Part shown: positions 41,791-55,279 of the stretch, one piece after another
Layout of the letters: each line of letters opens with the position of its first letter
How positions within the stretch are numbered: the first letter of the stretch is position 1
Assembly (NCBI RefSeq): GCF_009914755.1
Contig: NC_060925.1
Origin: the human T2T-CHM13v2.0 reference genome, Homo sapiens
Length of the DNA: 64,000 bases
Direction: 5' to 3' (one strand)
The notes under the pieces: model-generated
The model's database searches: none
The model's input: only the letters and a program-made list of their open reading frames with translations
What the model was told of the DNA's origin: nothing
Translations under genes and position numbers: made by a program

Positions 41791-42414
41791 TGGTAACTGA
41801 GGAAATGTGAGTGGTATAATGTGTTTTATTTAAAAAAAAAAAGTCTATAAGATAGTCTTATAAACAATATATAGTTTGTGCAAATCATATTTATATGTAG
41901 CATTTTTCATAAAATATCCTCTAACAAAAGTAACTGCTTGGAGGGCCTCTGGAAAGGAAAGTCATCATTAGCAGTCTACAGAGTGGCTCTGTGAAGCCTT
42001 CAGCCGTGTGGCAAACACAAAAAGTCACGGCAGCTTGAACGTTATATACTCTATGCTCTGCCTCTCTAATGCTAGGGTCACTCCAGGATTTAGCCCCAGG
42101 GCTGGTGCACTGTGGGTGCACAGGGAAAATCTGATCCTCCCTCAAGAATCACAGCAATCATCTCATGGGATCATGACCAGGAGGATGAATTTGTGCAGGC
42201 ACACGTAGATACAAATCGAACAAGGACATTAAAGTGGCAGGGGATTGAGAGAGAGAGAGAGAAATCTTTTGATCCCTCAACAACTGTCCACATTTTCATT
42301 TTCAGTCTGCACTCCCTAAACTCTCATTCTCTCTCCAACCCACTCCAGTATGACTTTTGTCCTTCACTACTTTACTGGAACTTGACTTCTTGTCAAGGGC
42401 ACCAACAACCTAGA

Positions 42415-42917
<503 letters not shown>

Positions 42918-43737
42918 CTAAAGCAAATGATCAATTTTCCTCCCTTATTGCTTTTAGCCATACTTGGCATGGTTGACCATTCTTATTCATGGAACATTTT
43001 GTTCTGGGCTTTGGAGCCATCACCCTTACCTGGTTTAATTCCTCCCTCACTGGCCTCTCCTTCTCAGATTCCTTTGCTTGACTTCTCCTTTACTCTCTCT
43101 GCCTCCTCTACCACATTTCCTAACACTGAAGCACCCCCAGGCTTTGTCTTTGGTCCTCTTCTCTTCTTCATCTATACTCTTCCCAGGTGATTTTATCTAG
43201 TCCCTTCTAACACTGATGACTCCAAACTTTATTCTGTATCTCTGTCTAAACCTCTGCCCTGAGCTCAAGACTGGTCTATACATTTGCCTACTGGATATAT
43301 CTACTGGGATATCTAATAAGCACCTCAAAATTAACTTTACTAAAATAGAGCCATTGACCCCACACCTCACCTCTCCAAATCTTCAACATAAACAGCACCG
43401 TTATCCATCATTTTCTCAGGCCTCAAATCCAGGAGGCATCCTCTAGTCTTCTCTTTTCCTTATATTCCACATCCAAACCAATCTATCAGCAAGTCTTATG
43501 AAAATTATCTCCATAGTAAATCCAAAATCTGAACATTTCATTTTGTCCCCATTTTACAGCCCTATTCAATCATGGACTACTGTAAGAGGTTCCTCACTGC
43601 ATTCCTGCTTCCACTCTGACCCATTCTTCAAACGGCATCCAGAGAAATCGCTTAAACACAAATCAAAGTATAGTGCTCCTGCCTAAAACCCTCCAATGTC
43701 TTCCCATTGCAATAAAAATAAAGTCCACTATTCTTGC

Positions 43738-44230
43738 TATATTAGTTAGAATACTTCTGGCTGCAGGTTACAAATACCCAGCAGAAAGTGATTATATTTT
43801 ACTCCTCAATAATGCCAAAGGTCAGTGGCTCTAAGGTTAGTTCAAGAGCTTGACAGTATCATTGAAAACCTAATCTCTTCCATCTGTTGGATGCATCATC
43901 TTCAGTGCAGCACTGATGATGCACCTCATGAGTATAAGATGGCTGCTGCTGCTCCAAATACTACATCCACACATGTGCAAAGGGAAGAAGAAAAAAAAGC
44001 ACTTTATTTTATTAGGAGGGAGGAGAATCTTTATCAAATGTGCTAAGCAGACTCTTCCTAAGATCGCAGAACTGAGCCACAGCTATTAACTAGCCCTAAA
44101 CTAATCAATGCTAAAGAGAAATGTCCAAGCCAATCATGATCCATTTCTAGGAGAAGAGGAAAAAGTATTCCTTCCCAGAAGATGTTGTGGTCCCATTTCT
44201 GAATAGGCAGGAGATCAGAAAGGGGGGAAA
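43738..44230 (-). mobile_element. MaLR solo LTR (MLT1K/L-like)
   Basis: ATTAGTTAGAATACTTCTGGCTGCAGGTTACA...AAGATGGCTGCTGCTGCTCCA. Confidence 0.65.
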
Positions 44231-46471
44231 GAACCCAAGCAAAAATATAATATTATGTGTTTATGTTGTCTGTCTTTAGCCTCTCGAATGTCAATTCATT
44301 GTTAGGTATTTTGTCAGTGCTGTGTCTCCAGTCCCTAAAACAATGCCTGATATATGGTAGGTCCCAATCAATTATTGTTGACTAACTGGCTGACTACAAC
44401 TCTGGAGAAGTAACTCCACATGTCTGCTCCTAAGGCTCTGCTGATACAATAGGCTCACAATCAGGCCACGTCATAAAAAGTCATTAGCCAAGTCAATTAG
44501 AGAACAGAAGCTTTTAAAGGGGATCAGTTTGTAGTCAGCTGATTGGCTGGCTTTGCCCACTTCTCAATCTAGAGTGGCATCTTCAAGAAACTGTCTATAT
44601 TTATCCCTCTGTCTATGTAAATACTGCTGAATTAACCTATTTACCTTGGGCACTTCACATTAGAGACCTGAGCAAGTGAGTTACTGCAGCTCCACATAAT
44701 GTCCTAGGTAGAAACGACACCAGCTGTCAAGAGGCAGTTGTTCTAAAAGGCACAAAGGAGCCCATGGAGCCTGATTTTTAAATTCTATTTAAATTTCCCT
44801 TCAGGATAGCAGCATCTCTACTTTTGTGCCCTGACAACAGATCTCACCAAAGTGGAACTGTATTTCGCTTTATCAAATTATGAAGGAGGTAAAAATGACC
44901 AAAAGGACCTCGAAGTCAGCTTCTTGTGCATATACATCATACAGACCAAGGTTTAAACCCAAGGTTTTCCAAGCCTGACTGCTGCCTTGGAAGCCACTTA
45001 AAGTTTCCCTGCACCTCAGCAGCTTCATCTATAAAGTGAGGCTCGAATCTCACAAAAATATCAGGAGGATTATACAAGTTAATGCACATGAAGTACTTGG
45101 CAGAGAGCAAATGCTCAGTTTATCCTGGTCCCATTTCCTTCCAGGTTTTCCAGCAAGAATTGAGGCTTGCTAAATGCAGAGAAATTGAAGTCTGATCATT
45201 TATGCTATCAACATACTCATACAATCTCAGAGGTGAAAAAAAATTAAAAGACTTCTAGTCTAACCACTGCTTTTATTCACTGAATAAAGTACTGCAGAAT
45301 TTCTTTGAAAAACTACTTGGTAGGGTACACAAAATGCCTGAAAATGAGCTTTTATTTCCAATAATTTCCTTTCAATAATCTGCTTTTTGTATAGAGCCTG
45401 ATACACCTCCTGTATTGTAACTCATGGAAGAGAGAGCTCAGCTTTGGAAAAACTATGAAGATAATGCAAATGTAGCCCCATCCACAGTATCCAGGGCATG
45501 TCCTGGAGCACGCCAGGCTCATGTACTGACTGAACACCCATCGCAGTAGCCCAGACAGCTTACCAGGATGCTGCAGTGGGGGTGCTGCTATTGCCTTCCT
45601 AGAGGAGAAATTGTTACCTACAAGGAAAGACACATTCAGTTTTCCAGTTCTCCCAAATCACCCAAGGTCTTGTTCCTCGACAGTGAGTCAGTGGGTCGAC
45701 TTCATTAGTCTGCCTTGATGACTAGCGTTCCTATGACTGGCACAAAGAGGCTACACAGCAGTGTGGTCAGATAGTGATACTGAAAGGAGATCAATGTGTC
45801 ACTCTCTGTTCTGCTAAATATCACCCCGGTAGCACAGGATAAGCTGCTGAAACGTTTTAGGCTTCAGATTTCATATTCATAAAATGAGAATGTAGGACTT
45901 GACAGAATCTCTAGAAGTTCTTTCCATGTCTAAATTTGTATGTTTATCAACATTCCACCTATTTTCTCTCTTATCTGGTCTTGGTTTTTAGCAAAAGGAA
46001 AGTTCTGGGCAGAAGGTCTGAGGGTTAAGGCTGCTAATAAAAACTACGAATAGTCCCTAGTATTTAGAGATTAATTAAATTTCATTAATGTTTTCACATG
46101 AAATAATCAATGCATATTGTGCAACTGCTTGGTGTCAGAAAATAGGGAGGCAGAAAGAAATTTCAGGCTTAGATGCTGCTCTTAAGGACATTATAACCTA
46201 ATTGTAGGAAGAGTTGAAGAATAATGCAATAATCCATAGGCTAAGTGCCATAATGGTGATAGCTCTGATTGATTAAAAAGAACACTAAATTTAAGGTCAG
46301 AAAAACTTGGTAAAAAGCAGAGTTGTATCACCTACCAGTTCTGTGAACTTGGGAAATCAACTTATGCTTACTGAGCATCAAGTGCTTCACTGATAATAGG
46401 AAGGCAATAATACCCACCCCATATGACTCTTAAGTGTATTTCCTTCAAAAACATAAATCACCCAGTACACT

Positions 46472-46521
46472 TTGCACACATCTTGAAAATTTACTTGCAC
46501 ACATCTTGAAAACTTACTTGC
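46472..46521 (+). repeat. 23-bp tandem duplication
   Basis: TTGCACACATCTTGAAAA(T/C)TTAC x2 plus TTGC. Confidence 0.95.
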
Positions 46522-46524
46522 GCT

Positions 46525-48020
46525 AAATCCGATGCAAAGTTCAGAAAATGCAGATGATGAAGTTCTGTTCTCAAGGAGTTTATAACCCAGTGGGTAAAAT
46601 ATCCACAATCACCACCACAACCACAAGAACCATAAGAAAAACGCAATTCACGCAATTACAATCTGTATAATGAGTATTACCAAGGTTAAAGCACCAGGAG
46701 CTATGAGAACACAGAGAAGAGACTCCTAACCTCTTCTCCATTATCAGGGAAGGGCTTCTTAGAGGAAATTGACATCTAAGATGAGACACAGAAAAGAGAA
46801 GACCTTATCTAGGTAAAGAGGAATAGAATATACAGAGCAATTATTTGGTTTTTTGTTTGTTTATTTAGCTTTGTTTTTGCAGCATGTGCAAAAGCCTGGT
46901 AGAAAGAGAGGGCACAATGCCTTTGACAAATGCAAAGTATCCTAGTTCAGTAGGATAGAGAAGATAGACTAATGAAATATATAGAGCAATAGAGGAGATG
47001 ACACGTAGTAAAATATACGGACTGATAGAGGAGCTGATACTGGAGATAAAAATTATTTTTGAAGCCATAGTAAGAGTTTGGATTTTAACTTATGACACTG
47101 GGATCAGCAAACGGTATCATGCAGCAGAGATCACAATATGTTTCCAACATCAGAAATATCATTAAGGATGCAGAGTGGAGAGATTGCATGGAAGCACAGG
47201 AAGTCTCTGAAAATAATTCAGGTTAGATGATAGCCTAGAAGAAGAAAGTGACATTAAGGATGAGAGTAGTAGGTGGATTGAGGAAAAGTTTATGGTGAAG
47301 AACTGAAAAGACCTATTATTGCTTAGACATTGGTGGGTAGGGGTGGGAAAAACACTAGTGAAAAGAGGGTACTAGGTTTTGGGTTTTGGTAATGGGCAAA
47401 TGACAGTGCCATTGGCTGCAATTTGTTGGAAGTGAAAAAACAAATTCAGTTTTGGATACACTGTATTTTGTTGAAGCAGAAGATTGCCTAACATAGAGGC
47501 CAACACATTGTATATCCACATTCATTCAGAAATACTTGTTGAACACAAACTATGTGCTAAACACTGTGCTGAAACCTAGAAATACAAAGATGAATACATT
47601 TCAGCAGTTCCTGTCTCAAGGATATCAGAGTTTCATGAGACAGCAGATATATAAACAAATAAGTACAATATGGCCAATGTGAGGAATGTTATAGAAAACA
47701 AATGTATTCATGGTAAAAAGTATATTAAATGAAAGTTCTCAAGCAGTAAATAACAGAGAATTAGAGGAGAAGCAGGCAGCATAGGGCTCTATTGGTGAGA
47801 AGACTTGTGATAAAGCTAATTGAGTTTTAAAAGAAGTTTTTAAGCAAGGAATAAGAAAGTCTGTTAGGCAGAGAGAGCAAAGTGAACAAAAGTGAGGAGC
47901 AGGACAGTGTTTGGCATGTTTGAGGACAGTACCTAGAATAGTTTTACTAGTCCAGAGGGCTCTTAAGTGGGATCATGGGTATAAGCCTGGAGAGGGAGAG
48001 TCTTATGGTCTTTGCCTATG
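46525..48020 (-). mobile_element. two adjacent antisense L2 fragments
   Basis: TCAGGGAAGGGCTTCTTAGAGGAAATTGACATCTAAG; CATTCATTCAGAAATACTTGTTGAACAC...TATGTGCTAAACACTGTGCT. Confidence 0.7.
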
Positions 48021-49352
48021 ATTTTACACCTGCAGCCTATATGATCTTCCTGGAGATCTCTCCACATCAGAAAATGTCAGCTTCACATTAATAATTGTTC
48101 AGATAAAAAATCTTGGCAGCATCTTTGCTTCCTCTCTTTCCTGCCCAGGCCACATGCAACTCACCAGCAAAACCTGTTATCTAAGGATGATGTCAGTGAA
48201 AATAGAGACTAAGAGCAATGAGAACACTGGCAATTGATTTGTCAGAATCAACTTTTTTAGAACCATGAAATTAACTAAAATTTTGCAGCACCTAACAACA
48301 GAGATAGAAAATACATGAAGCAAACTGACAGAATTGAAGGGAGAAATAGTCAATTCAAAAATAGTAGTTTGGGACATCAATACCCCACTTTCAATAATAT
48401 ATATAACAAATAGATTAACAAGAAAATAGAATTCTTGAACAATACCATGAACCAACTAGAGCTAACAAACATCTATAAAATATTCCACTCAACAACAGCA
48501 GAATACACATTCTTCTCAAGTGTCCATGGAGCACTCTCCAAAATAGATGATACACTGGCCCATAAAATAAGTCTCAATAAATTTTAAAACACTGAAATAT
48601 ACAAAGTATGTACACTGAACACAATGGAATAAAATTAGAAATCAATAACAGAAGGAAATTTTAGACATACACAGATATGTGGAAATTAAAATATTTCTAA
48701 GTAATCAATAATAATATAAATAGTCAAAGAAGAAATCATAAGGAAAATTAGGAAATACTTTGACATGAATGAAAACGGGAACTTAACATACTAAAACTTG
48801 TAGATCACAGCTAAAATACAGCTTAAAGGGAAATTTATAGCTGTAAACACCTATAGTTATAAAGAAGAAAAATTTCAAACCAGTAACCTAACTTTTCACC
48901 TTAAAACACTAGCAAAAGGAAAAAAAATTAAATCCAAAGAAAACAGAAGGAAAAAAATAGTAAAGATCAGAGGTAAATAAATGAAATAGTCAAAAAACAG
49001 TAGAGAAAATAATCAAATCTTTTCAAAATGTTCATTAAAACTATCAAGAAAATTAATAATCTTTTAGCTAGCCTGACGAAGGAAAAAGAGGAGAGACTCA
49101 AATTACTAAAATCAAGAATGGTGAGACATTACTACTGACCAAACAGAAACAAAAATAACTGTAAGGGACTAGTATGGATAATCACACCCTAACAAATTAG
49201 ATAACTCAGATGAAGTGGACACATTCCTAGAAACATACAAACTACTAAAAAGCTCAAGAAGAAATAGAAAATCTGAATAGATTTATAACAAGTAAAGAAG
49301 TTGGAATTAGTGATTTAACAATAACTTACCACAAAAATAAAGCCCAGACAAA

Positions 49353-49478
49353 AGCTGAGCATAGTGGTGTTCACCTGTAGCCTCTGCTACTCAGGAGGCT
49401 GAGATAGGAGAATTGCTTAGTCTGAGGAGTTTGAGGCCAGCCTGTGCAACACAGTGAGACCTCATCTTAAAAAGAAAA
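49353..49478 (+). mobile_element. FLAM-type Alu monomer
   Basis: CACCTGTAGCCTCTGCTACTCAGGAGGCTGAG...GAGTTTGAGGCCAGCCTGTGCAACACAGTGAGACC. Confidence 0.85.
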
Positions 49479-50878
49479 GACCAGGAAAAGGAAAGAAAGT
49501 TCCAGAAAAGATGGCTTCACTAGTGAATTCTATCGAACATTTAAAAAGGCTAACATCTGTCCTTCAAAAACTCTTCCAAAAAATAGAAAAGGAAAAAGTT
49601 CCCATCTTATTCTAAAGGGCAGTATTATCCTGATACCAAAATTAGAACAGGCCATTGCAAAGAACCTATAAAACACTATTCCTTATGAACAGAAACATAA
49701 AAATCTTTTACAAAATATTAGCAAACTAAATCCAACAGAATATTAAAAGAATTATACATAATGACCAGGTAGAATTTATTCTAGCAATGTTAGGTTTCAA
49801 ATACAGAAACCAATAATGCACCATACTGCTAAATAAGGAACATAAATCACATGATTACATCAATTGATGCAGAAAAAGTGTTTGACAAAATCCAACACAC
49901 TTTATGATAAAAAACATTCACAAACTAGGAATAGAAGAGAACTTCGTTAATCTGATAATGGTCATCAATGAAAAACACATAACTCGCATCATACTTCAAT
50001 GGCAAACATGGACTGTTTTCCCCCTAAGATCAGGAACAAGACAAGGATGTTTACTCTTGCCAGTTTCATTCAACATTGCACTGGATGTTATAACCAGAGC
50101 AATTAGGCAAGAAAAGAAAAAAAAGGCATACTGATTGAAAGGGAAGGAGTAAAACTCTCTATTTGCAATGACATAACTTCGTAAATAGAAAATATTAAGG
50201 AATCTATTAAAAAACTATTATTGCTAGTAAACAAATTCAGCAAGATTGCAAGATATAAGCTTAAAACACAAAAAATCTATTGTTTTTCCATACAATGACA
50301 GTGAACAATTCAAAAATAATTATAATAGTATCAAAAAGAATAAAATGCATGGAAATCCATTTAACAAAAGAAGTTTAATGAAAACTATAAAATATCATTG
50401 AAATAAGGCAAAGAACATCTAAATAAATTAAAAACATTCTGTGTTCATGAATTGCAAAACTCGATATTATTAAAATGACAATAATTTCCAAATTGACATG
50501 CAGATTCACTGCAATCCCCATCACAACTTCAGAGACCCTTTTTGCACAAATGGAAGAGGGTAATCTTAAAATTCATACAGAATTGCAAGGGACCTCAAGT
50601 AGCCAAAACAATCTTGGAAAAGAAAAACAGATGACTTACACTTTCTTTGAGTTGAAAATTACTACAAAGCTACAATAATCAAAGCATTATGTTGCTGGCA
50701 TAAGGCTGGACATACAGATGAAATAGAATTGAAAGTCCATTTTTTAAATCCCCATTTATCTATGGTTAACTGAGTTTTTACAAGGCTGTCAATACCATTC
50801 AATAGTGAAAAAATAGTCTCTTCTACAAAAGGTGCTGGAAATCTGGATACTTACACGCAAAAGAATGAAATTGAACAC

Positions 50879-51379
50879 TATAATAGTCAAAATTCTCCAA
50901 ATAAAAAGAACCAATAGAACACACACACACACACACACGACAGATAGATATAGATACATGTAAAATGAGATTTATTATAAGGAATTGGCTCATGTGATCA
51001 TGAAGACTGAGAAGTGCCATGGCCAGCCATCTGAAAGCTGGAGACCTGGGAAAGGCGGTGGTACAATTCAGAGGCTGGAAAGCCTGAAAGATGCTTGAGA
51101 ACCAGGAGTGCAAAGAGCAGGAGAAGATTGATATCCCAGCTCGAGCAGTCAGGCAGAGGGCAAATTCAGCCTTCCTCTGCCTTTTTGTTCCATTCAGGCC
51201 CTCAATTGATTGTATGATGCCCACCCCCATTGGGGAGGGCCATCTGCTTTACTCAGTCCACCTATTCAAATGCCATTCTCTTCCGAAACACCTCACAGAC
51301 ACACCCAGAAATTGTGCTTAAGCAGCTATCTAGGCATCCCCTGGCCCAGTGAAGTTGACAAATAAAATTAACCATCACA
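50879..51379 (-). mobile_element. ERVL solo LTR (MLT2C/D-like) with (CA)n
   Basis: GAGATTTATTATAAGGAATTGGCTCATGTGATCATG...AAGTTGACAAATAAAATTAACCATCACA. Confidence 0.9.
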
Positions 51380-54300
51380 GAAACCTATGTCACACCATAT
51401 AAAAATGGGCTCAAAATGGATCAAACACTTTTAGAGTAAGAGAAAACTATAAAACTCTTAGAAGAAAACATAGGAATAAATCTTTATAACCTTGAATTTA
51501 GCAATGGTTTCTTAGATATGACACCAAAAGCAACAATGAAAAAATAAATAAATTAGAATTTCATCAAAATTAAAAACTTTTGTGCTTCAAAGGGCACCAT
51601 CAAGAAAGTGGAAAGATAACCCATAGAATGGAAGGAAATATTTGCAAATTATATCTGAAAGGGTCTAGCATACCCAAGATTTCTAAAGAACTGTTACAAT
51701 CCAACTATAAAAATACAAATAACCCAACAGAAAAAATGGGTAAAGAATTAGAATACATACCTTTCTATGAAAGATATACAAGTGGCCAATAAGCACATGA
51801 AAACATGCTCAACTTTATTAGTCATTAGGGAAATGCAAATCAAAACCACCATGAGATACCATTTCACACACATGAAGATAGCTATAATAAAAAGATATAT
51901 AATAACAGGCATTGTTAAAAATGTGGAGAAGCAGGAGCTGTCATATATTGCTGGTGGAAATGTAAAATAGTAAAGCCACTTTGTTCATTGCTGTACCTCC
52001 AGTGTCTAGAACAGTGCCTAGAACAGTGCCTGGCATGTTCAGTAAATATTTTTGATTGAATGAATTACACGGTGTGGATAGCTATTTATCCGTGCAAAGG
52101 ATTGGGATACACACAAGCCTGTGAAATATTGTTAAGCTTTTAGATTTTGATTCTTCTTACTCTGTTTTTATTTTCTTATCTAATTATTTACATGCATTTC
52201 CTTTGGAAAAGCTTTCTGCCTCTCTCATGCTATTGCACATATGTTCTCTTCACCAGCCACAGTTGATACCTGCATCTATGCCTTCTATGTAGTGCTACAG
52301 TAACTGCACACAGAAGCTCTCAGCTTTCACAAGTCTTGGAAAGGTAAATGAAATCAAGGCCATATCCAAGCTGAACAGAGAAGTTGAAATGGCTTTGAAT
52401 TACTTGACAATGAATGTAGGGACACTTCTTTGAGAAAACGTCAATACAACTCTGTTTTTACAGGCCCATAACTCAAAAGTATCTGAAAGCCCTTGTCCTT
52501 GTAAACATTCATGGGGAAGGGGAGATGACTAAATGAGCATTTATCAATCATTTTTAGTTCCTATGTACTACTCCAACAAATATTAAAATTAGTGAAAGAA
52601 AGTTTGCTTTTGACCTTTTCTTGCCCCACCCCCACCCCAAGTAAAGTGAAAGCTATAGTTTGGATTCACCTTCTGTCTGAAAAGGCAGAGATAAAGTCCA
52701 AAAAATGAAGAATTCTTTCCCAGTTGTGCATATACACTTTAAATTTATCTCTCTTCCCAAAATGACAAATATTTCATTAAAGCAGTTGTTCATTTGTGTT
52801 CATTTGTCAAAAGCAGATGCTTTCAAATTCACATTCAGTCTAAAAACAAGTCATAAGTGATCTGAGTGACAATGTTGCTGCAAGGGAAGGTTGCTGCTCA
52901 GTTTTTGTTAAAAATAGAACAAATAGAAGTATCTTAAGTATGTTCACTAGAAAGCTTTTCTTACAAAGAACACAAATGACACCTGATAAAACATCTTGCT
53001 TAGCTGTGCTTCAGTTCAGTGATGTGATGAAGAGTAGCATGAGACGTTTCTCTTTGGGTCCTTAAGACAAAAATTAGGAATACTTACCTGATATCCCAGC
53101 AGGCAGTGGGGCAGAGGGTCCTTGCAGGACTTTGGGCTGTTTGTACTGGTCCCGGCCAGTACATTATCAAAGACTGGAGAGGCAGTGTTGAAAACCACAA
53201 ATTTTAGAATTAGAAGGCTTGGGTTCCAGGTTCAGCTCTAAGTTAGCTAGCTGTACAGAGGAATTCACCTTATTTCCCTGAGACTCATTCTGTAGGCTGA
53301 GTCGATGCCAATATTCCCTGCTTCACAAGTTCTTATGATGTCAGTGAAAAAAAAAAATGTGCTTTAAAAAAGGACTTTATAATGATGCAATACAAAATTA
53401 GTTACAAGTAGTATAACTTAGTTGGTCCTGTTTGCTAAGCTCTTTAACATGGGTTTGCTACAATGACTTTGGCAGCGTGTCCCGTGAATCATAATAACGA
53501 GCTGTAACAGCTCGTTATATGCACCATGTACTGGGTTCGGTGCTTCATAAGTTATCAAATTTTATCGCTACTTTATTAAACACTTTCATAAACCTTATGA
53601 AGTTAATATAACTTTATGAAGCCCTATTTAACAGATGGAAGACCATATGATTATAAAAAGGTAATCAAGCCCAGGACCCAGATACATCCGACTGTAACAC
53701 TCACACACAACAATATCATGCAGCCTCTTTGGAAACACTGAGCCACCAGGACATTTCCATTTCTAGAGGATAGAAATTGCTGGTCCAAAATGAATCTAGT
53801 TAGCCTCACCCAAATTGTTACTAAATATCAGAGAGGATTCAGAAGAAAGATGATGGCTCAAGCTATTCCAAAAAAAAAAAAAAAAAAAAAAGGGACAAGC
53901 CACTTAATGCTGGATATGGGGAGGAATTGATATGAACACCAACAGATCCGGGTGAAGAAAACCCGGACCAGACTTGAGTTTGTGGCATAATCTGACATCC
54001 CTTGAGCCACAGGTCATCTAAACAAAGATAAGAAAATGTTTTGTGCCCTCTCATCATACTTCTCCTCACTCAAGCCAAAAACTGGACAGCTGTTCTTCTC
54101 CTTTCTTGGTCTTGCTCTGTAAAGTGGGAAGATAACATTTCCTTGGACATTATCTCTTCTCCTACTTATACCCCTACCCACACACACAGATTGTTTAATT
54201 GTTTTTATTCAGACAGGGCTGCAATCCCAGAAAAGAGTTAAGTTAGAAATAAGGGGAGGCTCGTTGATGGTAGAGATGAGAAAAGCCCTGGTAGCCATAC

Positions 54301-54559
54301 ATATTATAAGTCATAGTTTTTAAAGAATCATATTGACTTTAAATAAAACATTCAAGTAGACATAAGTTGAAAATTCATTACAACAGAGGGCACGGTTTGA
54401 AACTCACCTAGAAATTGAGAAATAAATTAGGAGCTAAACTCATCAACTGTCCCTTCCGTGGTGGGTGTGAAAAGATGGTTAAACTACCACATAAGTTTGT
54501 GAACCAAAACAATGCCTTCATGGCAGAGAACAAAAGTGAACAAAGACGCTGCCTTCTTC

Positions 54560-55020
54560 GAAGATTACCAAGGAGAAATCAACCAAAATGAAGCCATGAA
54601 AGAAAAAATAAAAATAAGTAATTCTGACCAAGAGAAAGTACCCAGAAGACCCAGAATAAGATCCACCTGAAACCAACCTTTTGTAGCACACAGAAGAAAA
54701 TGTCCAGAAACTGACTGGCATCATTATAACAGAGGTCTGGATGGGATTTCCTCTCTCAAACAGAAGCAGAAAATAAAAAAAACTGAACAGGGTGAGATGA
54801 TAGGACAACAGGATGGGAAAAAGCAGCAAAAATGCAAGACAAAGAGATATAAATGAGATAAGAAATGATTCCAACAGAACTAAAATACAAGCAACAAACA
54901 CAGGATTAAAATTCTCACTGAAGGAAGTAAAGCAGAACTGAGGCTGCAGATAAATGAATGAGTGATGCAAAATTTTGAAATGGTCTTTCGGAGTACAGAA
55001 ACAGAGTTTTGAAGGTGAAA
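54560..55020 (+). mobile_element. possible HAL1 or L1 ORF1-like relic
   Basis: strongly A-rich, L1-ORF1-like composition; family from impression only. Confidence 0.35.
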
Positions 55021-55279
55021 AACAGGTAAGTAGTCTGGAAATGGCAATGGGATGCAAGTAGGATCTCTGCCCCCATCCTGGTTCTGATGGTTCAGGGCAG
55101 GAGGGTAAAAACAGCCTCCCCTTTATAGGGCTTCAGGAAAAAATATGTCCTCAAGGGACAGGCAGATTTCAGTTAAGGCAACAAGCAAAGAGAAAATTCA
55201 TATAAAAGGCTGAAAATATTGGGGAGCTTGTTTTTCCCTCTCTGAGATAATCACTTTATATCATCTCATCAAGCCTCCC

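Larger units (their letters stand above)
48190..51980 (+). mobile_element. old L1M ORF2 relic with nested FLAM and MLT2 LTR
   Basis: ORF-track fragments FPLRSGTRQGCLL...AIRQEKK and [26 protein letters not shown] match L1 ORF2; many stops and frameshifts. Confidence 0.93.

Noticed and set aside
54518-55057. 179-aa hydrophobic minus-strand ORF as a membrane protein
   Set aside because: Antisense of A-rich DNA gives F/L/S-rich frames; non-ATG start and no recognisable domain.
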